A stretch of 64,000 nucleotides of DNA from Candidatus Pacebacteria bacterium CG2_30_36_39 (GTDB lineage Bacteria > Patescibacteriota > Microgenomatia > UBA1400 > PJMF01), in assembly GCA_001873435.1 (NCBI GenBank), contig MNZB01000002.1:1620-65619 (forward strand), in the 5' to 3' direction. The stretch's first letter is position 1; each line of letters starts with the position of its first letter. Made by a program: the position numbers and the translations under genes. The notes under the pieces are model-generated. The model was not told the DNA's origin. It searched no databases and worked only from the letters and a program-made list of their open reading frames with translations. Below, piece by piece: positions 18,634 to 28,685 of the stretch.

Positions 18634-19525
18634 TGGTCCGTTGCTAATCATAATAGCTGCTGCCCTATGGGCTTTTGATGGTGTCTTGCGTCGTGGTTTA
18701 TATACTTTACCCCCACTACAAATAGTGTTTTTGGAGCATTTAGTTGGGAGTATTTTATTACTTCCTTTTTTGCGTAAAATTGTTTGGCAGGATTTCGGCA
18801 AGGTTTGGCGTGAAATGTTATTGGTAATTATTTTAAGTGGTTTGCTTGGTACCTTGTTATTTACAGCTGCTTTGCAACAAGTATTTTTTATTTCTTTTAG
18901 TGTGGTTTTTCTTTTACAAAAATTGCAACCATTGTTTGCTATAGCCTCAGCAAAAATATTACTGAGTGAGAAGTTTTCTAAAAAATATTGGTGGTGGGCT
19001 GGATTGGCATTGATTGCTGCTTATTTTGTTACTTTTCCCACTGGTTCAGTTTCTTTGAGTGAACAAGGTAATAATATTAGAGCAGCTCTGTATGCCCTTG
19101 GCGCTGCTTTTGCCTGGGGTGTTTCTACTACTTTTTCAAAAAAAGTTTTATTAGAACTGCCTTCATCGCAGGCAACAGCTCTTAGGTTTGTAGGAACGAG
19201 TTTATTAGCCGGATTGGCATTGATTATTTTTCATCCAAGTACTCTTGCTATGCCAAATTTATCTCAATGGAGTAGTTTGATTTTTATAGCTTGCTCAACT
19301 GGTATGGTGGCGCTATTTCTTTATTACAAGGGTTTACAGAAAACATCTGTTAAAACTTCAACTCTTTTGGAATTAGTTTTTCCAGTTTTAGCTGTGGGTA
19401 TTGATGCTTGGTTGTACAAGAGTTTTTTACAGCCAGTTCAAATTTTGGGAGCTTTAATTCTTTTATTTGCGCTATCAAGAGTAGTTAATGTTTCCGAGCA
19501 AAGGAATAAGTTCTCTCAGGTCTAA
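18614..19525 (+). CDS. EamA/DMT family transporter
   Basis: 10 TM segments in two EamA repeats (AAALWA..., LLSEK, AAFAWG). Confidence 0.85.
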   Translation: MFKLKIDGPLLIIIAAALWAFDGVLRRGLYTLPPLQIVFLEHLVGSILLLPFLRKIVWQDFGKVWREMLLVIILSGLLGTLLFTAALQQVFFISFSVVFLLQKLQPLFAIASAKILLSEKFSKKYWWWAGLALIAAYFVTFPTGSVSLSEQGNNIRAALYALGAAFAWGVSTTFSKKVLLELPSSQATALRFVGTSLLAGLALIIFHPSTLAMPNLSQWSSLIFIACSTGMVALFLYYKGLQKTSVKTSTLLELVFPVLAVGIDAWLYKSFLQPVQILGALILLFALSRVVNVSEQRNKFSQV

Positions 19526-20113
19526 TAAAGTATAGCGAGAAGTTAATAATTCTTTTGCTTGTTGTGGGTCTCTAACGATTCTTAAAGCCACAATGTGTGG
19601 AAATTGTTCAAGATATTCAATTACACTTTGTTTATCATCAATAATGATGGTGCCTTTTGGTAAACTTTCAATAACTGTTGGATTAAGTTTTCGACGTAAT
19701 ATATGGCGCTGGTTTGAATCAAAAAATTCTAATAAGCCATTGACTCTTAATTTGTGTTCTTGAAAATCTTGATAGCCTTCAGAAAATAGTCCTAGGCTAT
19801 ATTTTTCATGTCTAAGAGTTGCAAGGACATCTCTAACTTCTGGAAATAAACAAAGCTCAAAGTTTCTAGGGTGCCAAAAGGCTTCTTTGAGTTCTACAAA
19901 AGGTACTTGAAATTTTTTTCCCAATTTTTGTAAATAATCATCGGTAGAAAAATCACTACCACTTTCTAAGTTATTCAGATATTCAAGACGAAATTTTTCA
20001 ATTTGGGCAATGGGAGAATCTGTGGCTAAGGCCATGGTTTTTACTTGCAATCGTTTTAATAATTGGGTATTAATTATTGTGTCGTCGATGTCAAATAAAA
20101 TGAGTGGTGCCAT
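19475..20113 (-). CDS. HAD-superfamily hydrolase
   Basis: Motif I ILFDIDDTI and motif IV IIIDDK. Confidence 0.8.
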   Translation of the reverse strand: MAPLILFDIDDTIINTQLLKRLQVKTMALATDSPIAQIEKFRLEYLNNLESGSDFSTDDYLQKLGKKFQVPFVELKEAFWHPRNFELCLFPEVRDVLATLRHEKYSLGLFSEGYQDFQEHKLRVNGLLEFFDSNQRHILRRKLNPTVIESLPKGTIIIDDKQSVIEYLEQFPHIVALRIVRDPQQAKELLTSRYTLLDLRELIPLLGNINYS

Positions 20114-20153
20114 TGAGCTAAGTATACAAGATTTTTTGTTTTAAGCAAAAAAA

Positions 20154-21206
20154 TTAATGGAAAAAAGCTAATTTCTTTTTATGTTTTGCTCTTGGGATTG
20201 GTTCTTTTGGAATATTTTTTTTCTTAGTAAATACTACTGTGGCAATAAAAGTGGTAATTGGAGCAGCTAATACAACTCCCACCGAACCACTAAGTGTTCT
20301 AACTATTTCTTCAGCGATAACTTCAAAATTTAAAACTTGGAGAGTGGAAGAGTTTGAGGTTAAAAATAATAGTAAAAGTGGTAATGAGGCTCCTGCATAA
20401 ACTAACACCAGAGTATTTACCATTGAGGAAACATGATCTTGCCCAACTCTAGTGGCACGAATAAACAATTCTCTAAAAGACATATCTGGATCAGCTTCTT
20501 TAAGCTGTTGGACAAAAGACGATTGAGAGACTGCTACGTCATCTAATGTTCCAAGTAAACTAATAATAATACCTGCCAAAAGTAGACCACGAATATCAAT
20601 TGAGTTTTGGGTCATTACACTTAAAAAACCAGCTTCTTCAGAGGCAAAACCAGTTAATTTAGCTCTATCCATGAAATTAGCAGCTAATAATCCAGATATA
20701 ACTAAAGCAATAATAGTGCCAACTACTGCAATATGAGTTTTGGTTTTAATACCATGAGAGATGTAAAAAGTAATGGGTACAATAATAAAAGAGCCGATAA
20801 TTGTAGCTAATAATGGATTCCAGCCATGAACAATCATTGGCAAGATCATGCCAAAAATCACAAAGAAAGAAGCAATTAGGGATATTAGAGACCTAAAACC
20901 CCACCATTTTCCTATTAAGATTACTAATAAAGCAAAAATAGCTCCAAGTTGAAATAAGGCTGGTCTACGAACATAGTCGGTGATTAACCAGTTTAAAGTT
21001 TCTGGTTCTTGTTGTAAAACTACTTGCTCTTTTACAGAATATGGATTCCATCTTGAAAAAGGCATTTGTGAATTAATAATCTGCACTGATTCTTCGGAGT
21101 CATTTATTTTTAGCTCTAGCTTTTGAAATTCCAGAGAATTTGTTCCATCAAAATTTTTTCCTTGATCAATAATTTTAGTGATTGTTGCTTCTTTTGTGCT
21201 TTGCAT
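20154..21206 (-). CDS. YibE/F family membrane protein
   Basis: LLLAGIIISLLGTLDDVAVSQ, DHVSSMVNTLVLVYAG and EEIVRTLSGS. Confidence 0.9.
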   Translation of the reverse strand: MQSTKEATITKIIDQGKNFDGTNSLEFQKLELKINDSEESVQIINSQMPFSRWNPYSVKEQVVLQQEPETLNWLITDYVRRPALFQLGAIFALLVILIGKWWGFRSLISLIASFFVIFGMILPMIVHGWNPLLATIIGSFIIVPITFYISHGIKTKTHIAVVGTIIALVISGLLAANFMDRAKLTGFASEEAGFLSVMTQNSIDIRGLLLAGIIISLLGTLDDVAVSQSSFVQQLKEADPDMSFRELFIRATRVGQDHVSSMVNTLVLVYAGASLPLLLLFLTSNSSTLQVLNFEVIAEEIVRTLSGSVGVVLAAPITTFIATVVFTKKKNIPKEPIPRAKHKKKLAFFH

Positions 21207-21270
21207 AATCGAGAAATAGGGTAGTATTATGTTTAACTATACACATATATCATAACAAGGAAAAAATATA

Positions 21271-22995
21271 ATGACTGACGCTATTACTGGTCCTCAATTA
21301 ATTAAAACAAAACAGGTTTTAGAGCCTAAGATTGACAAAAAAACTCCTTTTACCACAACGTCACTTAAATATACTGGTCGTAGACCAATTATCTTGCTTA
21401 TTTTAGACGGTTGGGGCATTGGTCCTAAGACTGCTGGCAATGCAGTTGAATTAGCCAAAACACCCACTATGGATTCTCTTTGGTTGGAATATCCACATAC
21501 TCAATTGGGAGCCAGTGGTGAGTATGTTGGTTTGCCAAAAGGTGTTGATGGTAATTCAGAAACCGGTCATATGAATATTGGTGCTGGGAGAATTGTTCAA
21601 CAAAGTTTACCAAGAATTTCTAATGATATTGAGTCTGGTGCGTTTTATAAAAATGAAGTTTTGCTTAAAGCTTGCGAAAAAGTTAAAAGTTCAGGTGGAA
21701 CTTTGCACTTAATGGGGTTGGTTGGTCCAGGTTTTGTTCATTCTAGTTTGGAGCATTTAAAAGCTTTGCTTAAATTAGCTCAGCAACAAGGTATTTCTCA
21801 AGTGGAAGTCCATGCTTTTACTGATGGACGTGATTCTCCACCAAATATTGGTTTGCAAACTTTGCAGCAGCTTGAAGATGATATGAACCAGTTGGGTGTG
21901 GGTAGAATCGCTTCAATTATGGGTCGTTTTTATGCTATGGATCGTGATCGTAATTGGGATAGAACTCAAAAAGCATATGATGCACTGAGTTTGGGGAAAG
22001 GTGAAATTACTGCTAATTGGCAGGCTTCAGTGCAAAGATCTTATGATCATCAAATTACCGATGAATTTATTGAACCAATAATTGTTAAGCATGATGATGG
22101 TTCTTTGCCAGTAGTTAATGATAATGATGTGGCAATAATTTTTAATTTTAGAGTCGATCGTCCTCGTCAAATTTCGTGGGCTTTTTCTTTACCAGATTTT
22201 GAATATAGAGATTTATCCGGAGGAAGTTCTGGTAAACAGCTCACGGCTGAACAATTGAATGGTTTGGAAGTTAGAAATTTTGTTAGGCAAAAGAAGTATA
22301 TGGATTTATTGTTTGTGACTATGACTGATTATGATAAAGACCTTGAAATTACTAAGGTTTTTGCAAGAGAAGATGTGAGTGTTAATCTTGGTAAAGTTTT
22401 ATCTGAAGCGGGAGTGCGTCAACTGCGTTTGACTGAGACTGAAAAAGAAAAAATGGTAACTTATTATATTGATGGCAAGCAGGAGGCTGCTTATCCAGGT
22501 GAGCATTGGTTGATTTTTCCTTCAAAAAAAACCAAGTCATATGCTGATATTCCAGAGATGTCCGCCAAAGAAATAAGTGAGGCTTTAATTAGAGAAATTC
22601 AAGACGAAAGTTTTGATGTTGCTATTGTTAATATTTGTAATGGGGATATGGTTGGTCATACTGGGGTTCTAAAAGCAGGTATTACTGCTTGTGAATTAGT
22701 AGATCAAGAAGTTAGAAGAATTTCTGATGAGGTTCTTAAGAAAAATGGTATGTTAATTATCACTGCCGATCACGGTAATGTTGAAGAAATGATTGATAAT
22801 GAAACAGGGGAAATAGATACTGCTCATTCTATTTATCCAGTACCTTGTATTTTTGTGGCTCCAGAATTAGAAAAGAAAATTGTAACTTTGAAACCAGGTA
22901 TTTTGGCAGACCTAGCTCCAACGATTATTGATATTGCTGGACTAAAAAAGCCTGAAGAGATGACTGGTCGAGCTTTGTTGCATTTTGATGAGTAA
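21271..22995 (+). CDS. gpmI: 2,3-bisphosphoglycerate-independent phosphoglycerate mutase
   Basis: ILDGWG, GNSETGHMNIGAGR, DGRDSPP, GRFYAMDRD, DMVGHTG and TADHGN. Confidence 0.96.
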   Translation: MTDAITGPQLIKTKQVLEPKIDKKTPFTTTSLKYTGRRPIILLILDGWGIGPKTAGNAVELAKTPTMDSLWLEYPHTQLGASGEYVGLPKGVDGNSETGHMNIGAGRIVQQSLPRISNDIESGAFYKNEVLLKACEKVKSSGGTLHLMGLVGPGFVHSSLEHLKALLKLAQQQGISQVEVHAFTDGRDSPPNIGLQTLQQLEDDMNQLGVGRIASIMGRFYAMDRDRNWDRTQKAYDALSLGKGEITANWQASVQRSYDHQITDEFIEPIIVKHDDGSLPVVNDNDVAIIFNFRVDRPRQISWAFSLPDFEYRDLSGGSSGKQLTAEQLNGLEVRNFVRQKKYMDLLFVTMTDYDKDLEITKVFAREDVSVNLGKVLSEAGVRQLRLTETEKEKMVTYYIDGKQEAAYPGEHWLIFPSKKTKSYADIPEMSAKEISEALIREIQDESFDVAIVNICNGDMVGHTGVLKAGITACELVDQEVRRISDEVLKKNGMLIITADHGNVEEMIDNETGEIDTAHSIYPVPCIFVAPELEKKIVTLKPGILADLAPTIIDIAGLKKPEEMTGRALLHFDE

Positions 22996-23019
22996 TGGCC
23001 TGCCAATAAAGGAAAATAA

Positions 23020-24219
23020 ATGAGTAATCTGCAGTCTGTGCCACTAGCAGCTCGTTTGCGACCCAATGATCTTAGTGAATTTATTGGTCAAGATCATTTA
23101 GTTGGAGAGGGCAAGCCTTTGCGGGTGATGTCAGAGATGGGCTCAGTGACTAGTATGATTTTTTGGGGTCCTCCAGGTGTTGGTAAAACTACGTTGGCGA
23201 GAATTTTAGCCCAAAAAACTGGTCATGATTTTGTTGAACTTTCTGCAGTAAGTGCTGGTAAGGGTGATGTTAGAAAAATTGTTGAAGAAACAAGAGCACA
23301 AAGGCAGTTGTCACAATCATATAATTCTCCAGTTTTGTTTTTGGACGAGATCCATAGATTTAATAAGATTCAACAGGATTATTTATTGCCATATGTTGAA
23401 GATGGTACTTTGATTTTAATTGGTGCTACAACAGAGAATCCAAGTTTTCAAGTTATTTCTCCACTTTTATCTCGCGCTAGGGTTTATGTTTTGCAATCAT
23501 TAAAAGAAGAAGAGATGTTGTTGGTGATTGAAAGAGCTTTATTACTGCTGAAAAAAGAAACTGGTAAAAAGAAAATTACTATTAACAAAGAAGCTAAGGA
23601 TTGGTTGCTGCGTTTTGCTGACGGTGATGCAAGGCAGCTTTTAAGTATTATCGAACATACTTATGATTTATATGGAGATTTGAAGATTGAGTCACTAAAA
23701 AATGCTTTACAGTCACAACATCTTCGCTATGACCAGCATGGTGAAGAACATCACAATACGATTAGTGCTTTTATTAAGAGTATGAGAGCCAGCGATCCGA
23801 ATGCGGCTGTTTATTATTTATCTAGAATGGTTGCGGCTGGAGAGGATCCATTGTTTATTGCTCGTCGAATGGTGATTTTTGCTAGTGAAGATATTGGTAT
23901 GGCTCAGCCAACTGCTTTGGTAGTGGCGAATGAAGTATTTCGGGCTTGTCAAACAATTGGTTATCCTGAGTGTGCGATTAATTTGTCTCATGGAGCTATT
24001 TATTTGGCTTCTGCCAAAAAAGATCGACGTGCCTATGATGCACTAAGAGCAGCTCAATTTGATGTGCAAAAACTTGGAAACTTACCCATTCCAATGGAAT
24101 TGCGAAATCCAGTTACTGATTTAATGAAACAGCAAGGATATGGTAAGGGTTACGAAATGTATCCTAAGGGTGTAAATTTTCTTCCAGATAAGCTAAAGAA
24201 AAAGAAATATTTTAAGTAG
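23020..24219 (+). CDS. rarA: Replication-associated recombination protein A (MgsA)
   Basis: PLAARLRP, GPPGVGKTT, DEIHRFNK, GATTENPSF, ISAFIKSMR and ASEDIG. Confidence 0.95.
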   Translation: MSNLQSVPLAARLRPNDLSEFIGQDHLVGEGKPLRVMSEMGSVTSMIFWGPPGVGKTTLARILAQKTGHDFVELSAVSAGKGDVRKIVEETRAQRQLSQSYNSPVLFLDEIHRFNKIQQDYLLPYVEDGTLILIGATTENPSFQVISPLLSRARVYVLQSLKEEEMLLVIERALLLLKKETGKKKITINKEAKDWLLRFADGDARQLLSIIEHTYDLYGDLKIESLKNALQSQHLRYDQHGEEHHNTISAFIKSMRASDPNAAVYYLSRMVAAGEDPLFIARRMVIFASEDIGMAQPTALVVANEVFRACQTIGYPECAINLSHGAIYLASAKKDRRAYDALRAAQFDVQKLGNLPIPMELRNPVTDLMKQQGYGKGYEMYPKGVNFLPDKLKKKKYFK

Positions 24220-24481
24220 CTTGAGCGGTATAACCAAGGCTCTTGATTGTTGCTAAAATTTTTTCTAAATCAATTTTTTTTGGATCAAAACTGATTTTTG
24301 TTTCTGCTTTGGCATAATTGGTATGAACATCTTTAACACCACTAAGTTCTTCCAGTTCTCCATCTATGGCCATACTACAGCTGGTGCAGTGCATACCAAT
24401 GATTTTTAGAGTAGAGTGTTGAATTGAATTTTGTGACTCTACTTTATCTGTTGGATTATTTTTTTTGAAAAATCTAAACAT
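24212..24481 (-). CDS. copZ: CopZ-like heavy-metal chaperone (HMA domain)
   Basis: GMHCTSC motif; last gene of the copper operon. Confidence 0.85.
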   Translation of the reverse strand: MFRFFKKNNPTDKVESQNSIQHSTLKIIGMHCTSCSMAIDGELEELSGVKDVHTNYAKAETKISFDPKKIDLEKILATIKSLGYTAQAT

Positions 24482-24501
24482 TATTTTTTCCTTAATTTTA
24501 T

Positions 24502-25608
24502 TTATTCTACAACTTCTAATACACCTGAATACATGCCCATTGAGCAGGTATAGCGATATCTTCCAACTTTGGTTGGAGTAAAGTTAAATGATTGTTTATC
24601 TGTGGAATCCAACATAGTTCTAATGCCAAATTCTTTGAATATGAAGGATAAGGCACAAGAATAAGTTCCATTGCTATTGAGGGTGAACTGAACTGGAATA
24701 TCCTTTTTTACTTTGACGTAACTAGGGCTATATCCTTGATTGAGAACTTGAATGACTACTTGCTGTATTCCATCTACTACTTTAACAGTACTCTCAACCT
24801 TATTATTGCTTTTTGTTTTATTAAATCTTTCTACTGAAAAAAAGTATCTAACTGGATAAGTAATTTTTTGAATAGTAAATGGTACGTCTGCAACCACCAA
24901 AGCTCCATTTAGGGTGTAAATAGCCATAAAGATTAATGTGTAACTTGCTACTCTTGTAAAAATATCATGCCAAGTTTCTGAAAGTTTTGCGGTAGCGATA
25001 CCAATGATTGTAAATAAGGGAACTGTGCCAAGAACAAAAGCCATTAGAGTGAGAGCACCAATTAAGGGGTTGCCACTGTTAATAGCTAATACTTCCATAG
25101 CTTGAGTGACGCCGCATGGTACAAAAATGGTAAATAGGCCTAATACAAAGGGGGCAAATAGTGATGCTTGTTTGCTGTTGCCTTTAAGCATTTTGCGTAC
25201 CCATTTTGGTGGTTGAAATGCTAAGTAACGAAAGATGGGGTGAACATTGAGTAAGTTCATGGCTGATGCAAACATGAATAAAGCAGTTATTCCTTGGAAG
25301 ACTAATTTTGTGTTTAGGCTTAAAGTTAAAAATGATCCAAGCCAGCCAAGCATGAAGCCTAGGATTGTGTGGGAGATTAGTTTGCCTACTAAAAATAGTA
25401 TTACTGGTAGCCAGTCAGCAGTGTCTATTTTAGTAATTGGTTGTTGAGAATTAAGATATTTGTTTCTTCTTTTTTCTTTTTCAGAAAGAGTTTCTAGTTC
25501 TTGTTTTTTTTGATTGGAAATTACACTGGCTAATAAGCCACCTTGAACTGCAAGACAGGATAGGCCACCAGTGGTTAATCCAGTTAAAAAGATAAATAAG
25601 AATTCCAT
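24502..25608 (-). CDS. DsbD_2/TauE-like membrane protein with C-terminal cupredoxin domain
   Basis: GGLSCLAVQGG and FVPCG in the TM part; C-terminal GYSP...SCA...YTCSMGMYSG. Confidence 0.85.
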   Translation of the reverse strand: MEFLFIFLTGLTTGGLSCLAVQGGLLASVISNQKKQELETLSEKEKRRNKYLNSQQPITKIDTADWLPVILFLVGKLISHTILGFMLGWLGSFLTLSLNTKLVFQGITALFMFASAMNLLNVHPIFRYLAFQPPKWVRKMLKGNSKQASLFAPFVLGLFTIFVPCGVTQAMEVLAINSGNPLIGALTLMAFVLGTVPLFTIIGIATAKLSETWHDIFTRVASYTLIFMAIYTLNGALVVADVPFTIQKITYPVRYFFSVERFNKTKSNNKVESTVKVVDGIQQVVIQVLNQGYSPSYVKVKKDIPVQFTLNSNGTYSCALSFIFKEFGIRTMLDSTDKQSFNFTPTKVGRYRYTCSMGMYSGVLEVVE

Positions 25609-25618
25609 AAATTTTTTC

Positions 25619-27871
25619 CTAAATTAATTTTACTTTTTTTAATCTTAAAGCATTACTAACCACAGAAACACTAGAAAAAGCCATTGCTATTCCAGCCATG
25701 ATTGGGTTGAGTTGAATTCCAAAAGTTGGATATAAAGCTCCCATAGCTACTGGGATTAATAATACATTGTAACCAAAGGCCCAAAATAGATTTTGGTAAA
25801 TATTATTCATGGTTGATTGTGACAACTTTAAAGCTTGAGGAACCAAAGCAATGTCACTGCGGAGTAAAGTAATACCAGCTGATTCGATGGCGACATCAGT
25901 ACCATTACCCATGGCTATGCCAACATCTGCTGTAGCAAGAGCCGGGGCATCGTTGATGCCATCACCGACCATAGCAACTTTACCAAATCTTTTTTGTAGT
26001 TCTCTAATAACTTGTTCTTTTTCATGAGGTAATACTTCTGCTTTAAATTCACTAATACCAAGCTTTTTAGCAATGCTTGCAGCTGTTTGGGTATTGTCTC
26101 CAGTTAATAAGATAGGAGTAATATGTTGTTGCTGAAGTTGGTTAATAACACTAACTGCTTTTTCTTTTAGAGTGTCAGCAATAGCAATTATCGCCATTAA
26201 TTTATTTTGTAGTGCTATAAAAATTACTGTTTCTCCACGGTTTTTCCACTCCGTGGCTTTGGTTGAGATTTCTTTAGAAATTTTAATTTGTTTTTCAGCT
26301 AAAAGTTTTTCTGTACCAATTAATATTTCTTGTTTTTCATAATAAGCCGAAATGCCTTTGCCACTATGATCCATGAATTTGGAAATAGTTAGGTTGAATT
26401 TATTGTTTGGAAATTCTTTTTTTACATAGTTTGTTACAGCCATGGCTAGTGGGTGGTGAGATAGAGATTCCACGGCATAAACTAATGTTAAAAGTTTTTC
26501 TTTATTTTTAGCATTATCAATTATCATTGTTTCAGTAACACTTGGTTGGCCTTTTGTTAGAGTACCTGTTTTATCAAAAACTACTGCCTTAATTTTATTT
26601 GCTATTTCTAGGGCTTGAGCGTCTTTAATTAGGATGCCGTTTTGGGCACCTTTGCCAATGCCAACCATTAATGAGGTCGGAGTTGCTAATCCCAAGGCAC
26701 ATGGACAGGCAATGATTAATACATCGATCATGCTGATCATGGCTCTTAAAAATTTTGGTTCTGGTCCAAAGATCCACCAAATAATGAAGGTTATGAGAGA
26801 GAGAACGATTACTGCAGGAACAAAATAGCTTGCTACTGTGTCAACTAAATTTTGAATGGCCGGCCTAGATCCTTGGGCTTGTTGGACGAGTTTAATAATT
26901 TGGGCCAGTAGAGTTTCATTGCCTACTTTAGTGGCTTTCATTTCTATTGTTCCAGAGAGATTTAAAGTAGAGCCAATGACGGCTATCCCAGATTGTTTTT
27001 GTACAGGCAAACTTTCTCCTGTGACCATGCTTTCGTCTAGTGATGTTTCTCCGTTGGTAATAAGTCCATCTACTGGAATTTTTTCTCCTGGTTTTACTTG
27101 TAAAATGTCGCCTGTTTTTACTTTGTCTAGACTAATTTCTTGCCAGGAATTGCCAACTTTTATTCTTGCTGATTTTACTTGTAGTTCTAGTAATTTTTTA
27201 ATTGCTTGAGAAGTTCTAGCTTTGGCTCTAATTTCTAAGAATTTGCCTAATAAGATGAAAAAGATGATGGCGCTGGAGGCTTCAAAATATGTGTGTGCTG
27301 GTATGCCAAGGTTTTCCAACCAGTTTCCTGCTATTGCCACAAAAGTTGAGTAGCCGTAGGCAACAGAGGTTCCAAGAGCAACTAAGGTATCCATGTTGGT
27401 TGTTTTATTTTTTAGACCAGAGATTGCGCCTTGATAAAAACGTTTACCAGCCCAAAATTGAACTGGTGCAGCTATTAGTAGTTGCAGGGTGGGATTCATT
27501 AATATTTCTGGTGCAAATGGAAACATTGTTGTTAATAAGATTGAGGTTAGGCCACCACTGATCCAAAGTAGTTTTTTGAGTTTATTAAGTTCTTTTTGTT
27601 TTTCTTGTTCTGGGTCATAGGCAGAGTGGTTATGTTCATGATGTTCTAGTTCTACGATGTGGGGGGTATAGCCAATTTTGCTAACGACTTTACCTAGTTC
27701 TTCTGGTTTAACTTTGTTTTTATCAAAACTTACGAAAGCTTGTTCGTTGTTGTAGTTAACTGAGGCATTGGTTACTCCTGGTGTTTTGCGCAGTGAACGT
27801 TGGATGTTTACAGCGCAACTAGCACAGTGCATGCCGGAGACATGGAATGAGAGGTCGGTGTTTTTAGACAT
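25619..27871 (-). CDS. copA: Copper-translocating P1B-type ATPase
   Basis: GMHCASC, TGES, CPCALGLATP, DKTGT, HP, GDGIND, YN and MAFSS (P1B-1 Cu+ signature). Confidence 0.95.
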   Translation of the reverse strand: MSKNTDLSFHVSGMHCASCAVNIQRSLRKTPGVTNASVNYNNEQAFVSFDKNKVKPEELGKVVSKIGYTPHIVELEHHEHNHSAYDPEQEKQKELNKLKKLLWISGGLTSILLTTMFPFAPEILMNPTLQLLIAAPVQFWAGKRFYQGAISGLKNKTTNMDTLVALGTSVAYGYSTFVAIAGNWLENLGIPAHTYFEASSAIIFFILLGKFLEIRAKARTSQAIKKLLELQVKSARIKVGNSWQEISLDKVKTGDILQVKPGEKIPVDGLITNGETSLDESMVTGESLPVQKQSGIAVIGSTLNLSGTIEMKATKVGNETLLAQIIKLVQQAQGSRPAIQNLVDTVASYFVPAVIVLSLITFIIWWIFGPEPKFLRAMISMIDVLIIACPCALGLATPTSLMVGIGKGAQNGILIKDAQALEIANKIKAVVFDKTGTLTKGQPSVTETMIIDNAKNKEKLLTLVYAVESLSHHPLAMAVTNYVKKEFPNNKFNLTISKFMDHSGKGISAYYEKQEILIGTEKLLAEKQIKISKEISTKATEWKNRGETVIFIALQNKLMAIIAIADTLKEKAVSVINQLQQQHITPILLTGDNTQTAASIAKKLGISEFKAEVLPHEKEQVIRELQKRFGKVAMVGDGINDAPALATADVGIAMGNGTDVAIESAGITLLRSDIALVPQALKLSQSTMNNIYQNLFWAFGYNVLLIPVAMGALYPTFGIQLNPIMAGIAMAFSSVSVVSNALRLKKVKLI

Positions 27872-28343
27872 ATTTTTTAGGATCTTTCTTGAATGCTTTT
27901 AGGCATCCGCTAGCGCAAAAGTAGTAGTCTTGATTATTGTGTTGATCTGAGAAACTAGCTGTTTTGGGGGAAATGCGCATGCCACAAACAGGGTCGTGAG
28001 TAAGGGGTCCTAGTTTTTTTAAATTATATTTTTGTAGATCATTTAATTTGAGCTCATGGTGGGTGTCTACTAACATTTCTCTAATGAGGTCGCTGGCTTG
28101 GATGATGTTGGGGTGGGTTAGATGATAAAAAATTTGTTTGCCGTTTTTTCTACTTTCAACTAGTCCAGCTTCTTTGAGAATCATTAAGTGTTGGCTAATG
28201 TTTGCTTGTGGTAGGTCAAGCATGTTGTGAATATCTCCAACGCACATTTCTTGATCGCGAAGTAGTTGAATAATTTCTAGGCGACGAGAGTTGGCTAGAG
28301 CTTTGAGTAGTTGTTCGTGTAAATGGAATAGTTGTTCATACAT
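27864..28343 (-). CDS. ArsR/SmtB-family regulator fused to a C-terminal YHS/TRASH domain
   Basis: ArsR HTH (LKALANSRRLEI, QANISQHL) followed by DPVCGM...YYFCASGCLKAFKKDPKKY. Confidence 0.88.
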   Translation of the reverse strand: MYEQLFHLHEQLLKALANSRRLEIIQLLRDQEMCVGDIHNMLDLPQANISQHLMILKEAGLVESRKNGKQIFYHLTHPNIIQASDLIREMLVDTHHELKLNDLQKYNLKKLGPLTHDPVCGMRISPKTASFSDQHNNQDYYFCASGCLKAFKKDPKKYV

Positions 28344-28383
28344 ATTCGAATAATAGAATATGTTTAAAGTGGTTTAAAGTCAA
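28341..28383 (-). promoter_or_regulatory. Copper operon promoter and putative ArsR operator
   Basis: Inverted repeat CATATTC-N8-GAATATG (28341-28362) covering the start codon. Minus strand TTGACT-17 nt-TATTCT. Direct repeat GTTTAAAGT x2 (28362-28370, 28372-28380). Confidence 0.65.
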
Positions 28384-28614
28384 TTAGGAGTTGTTCATTA
28401 AAAAAAGTTTGTTGGTTATTATTTTGCGTAGACTATTTGTTGGTGGTAATTGGTCTAGAGTTTGTTCTAATTCTTCTGCTGAAACAAAGATCGCTACAGA
28501 ATTAATGTCGTCAATGGTTAGGTTTAGTTTGTCTTTGAAGTTTTGTGGTAAGTTATTTAACTGTAATAGGGTTTTGCGTTGTTCTAGTGTTAGGGTAATT
28601 TCTCCTCTGTTCAT
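28384..28614 (-). CDS. Small hypothetical protein
   Basis: 76-aa ORF with TACAAT 6 nt before its ATG. Confidence 0.55.
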   Translation of the reverse strand: MNRGEITLTLEQRKTLLQLNNLPQNFKDKLNLTIDDINSVAIFVSAEELEQTLDQLPPTNSLRKIITNKLFLMNNS

Positions 28615-28642
28615 AAGCTTATTGTACTAGGATATTTTTTTA

Positions 28643-28671
28643 TTGCCTAATAAGAGGTTTCAGCGTACAAT
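28643..28671 (+). promoter_or_regulatory. tRNA-Arg promoter
   Basis: TTGCCT, 17 nt, TACAAT, 14 nt upstream of the tRNA 5' end. Confidence 0.6.
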
Positions 28672-28685
28672 ACCAGAGTTCTAAT

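Noticed and set aside
21210-21240. dif-like site (TTATGTTTAAC resembles a XerD arm)
   Set aside because: No matching XerC arm at 6-bp spacing; the site lies in a short divergent promoter region.
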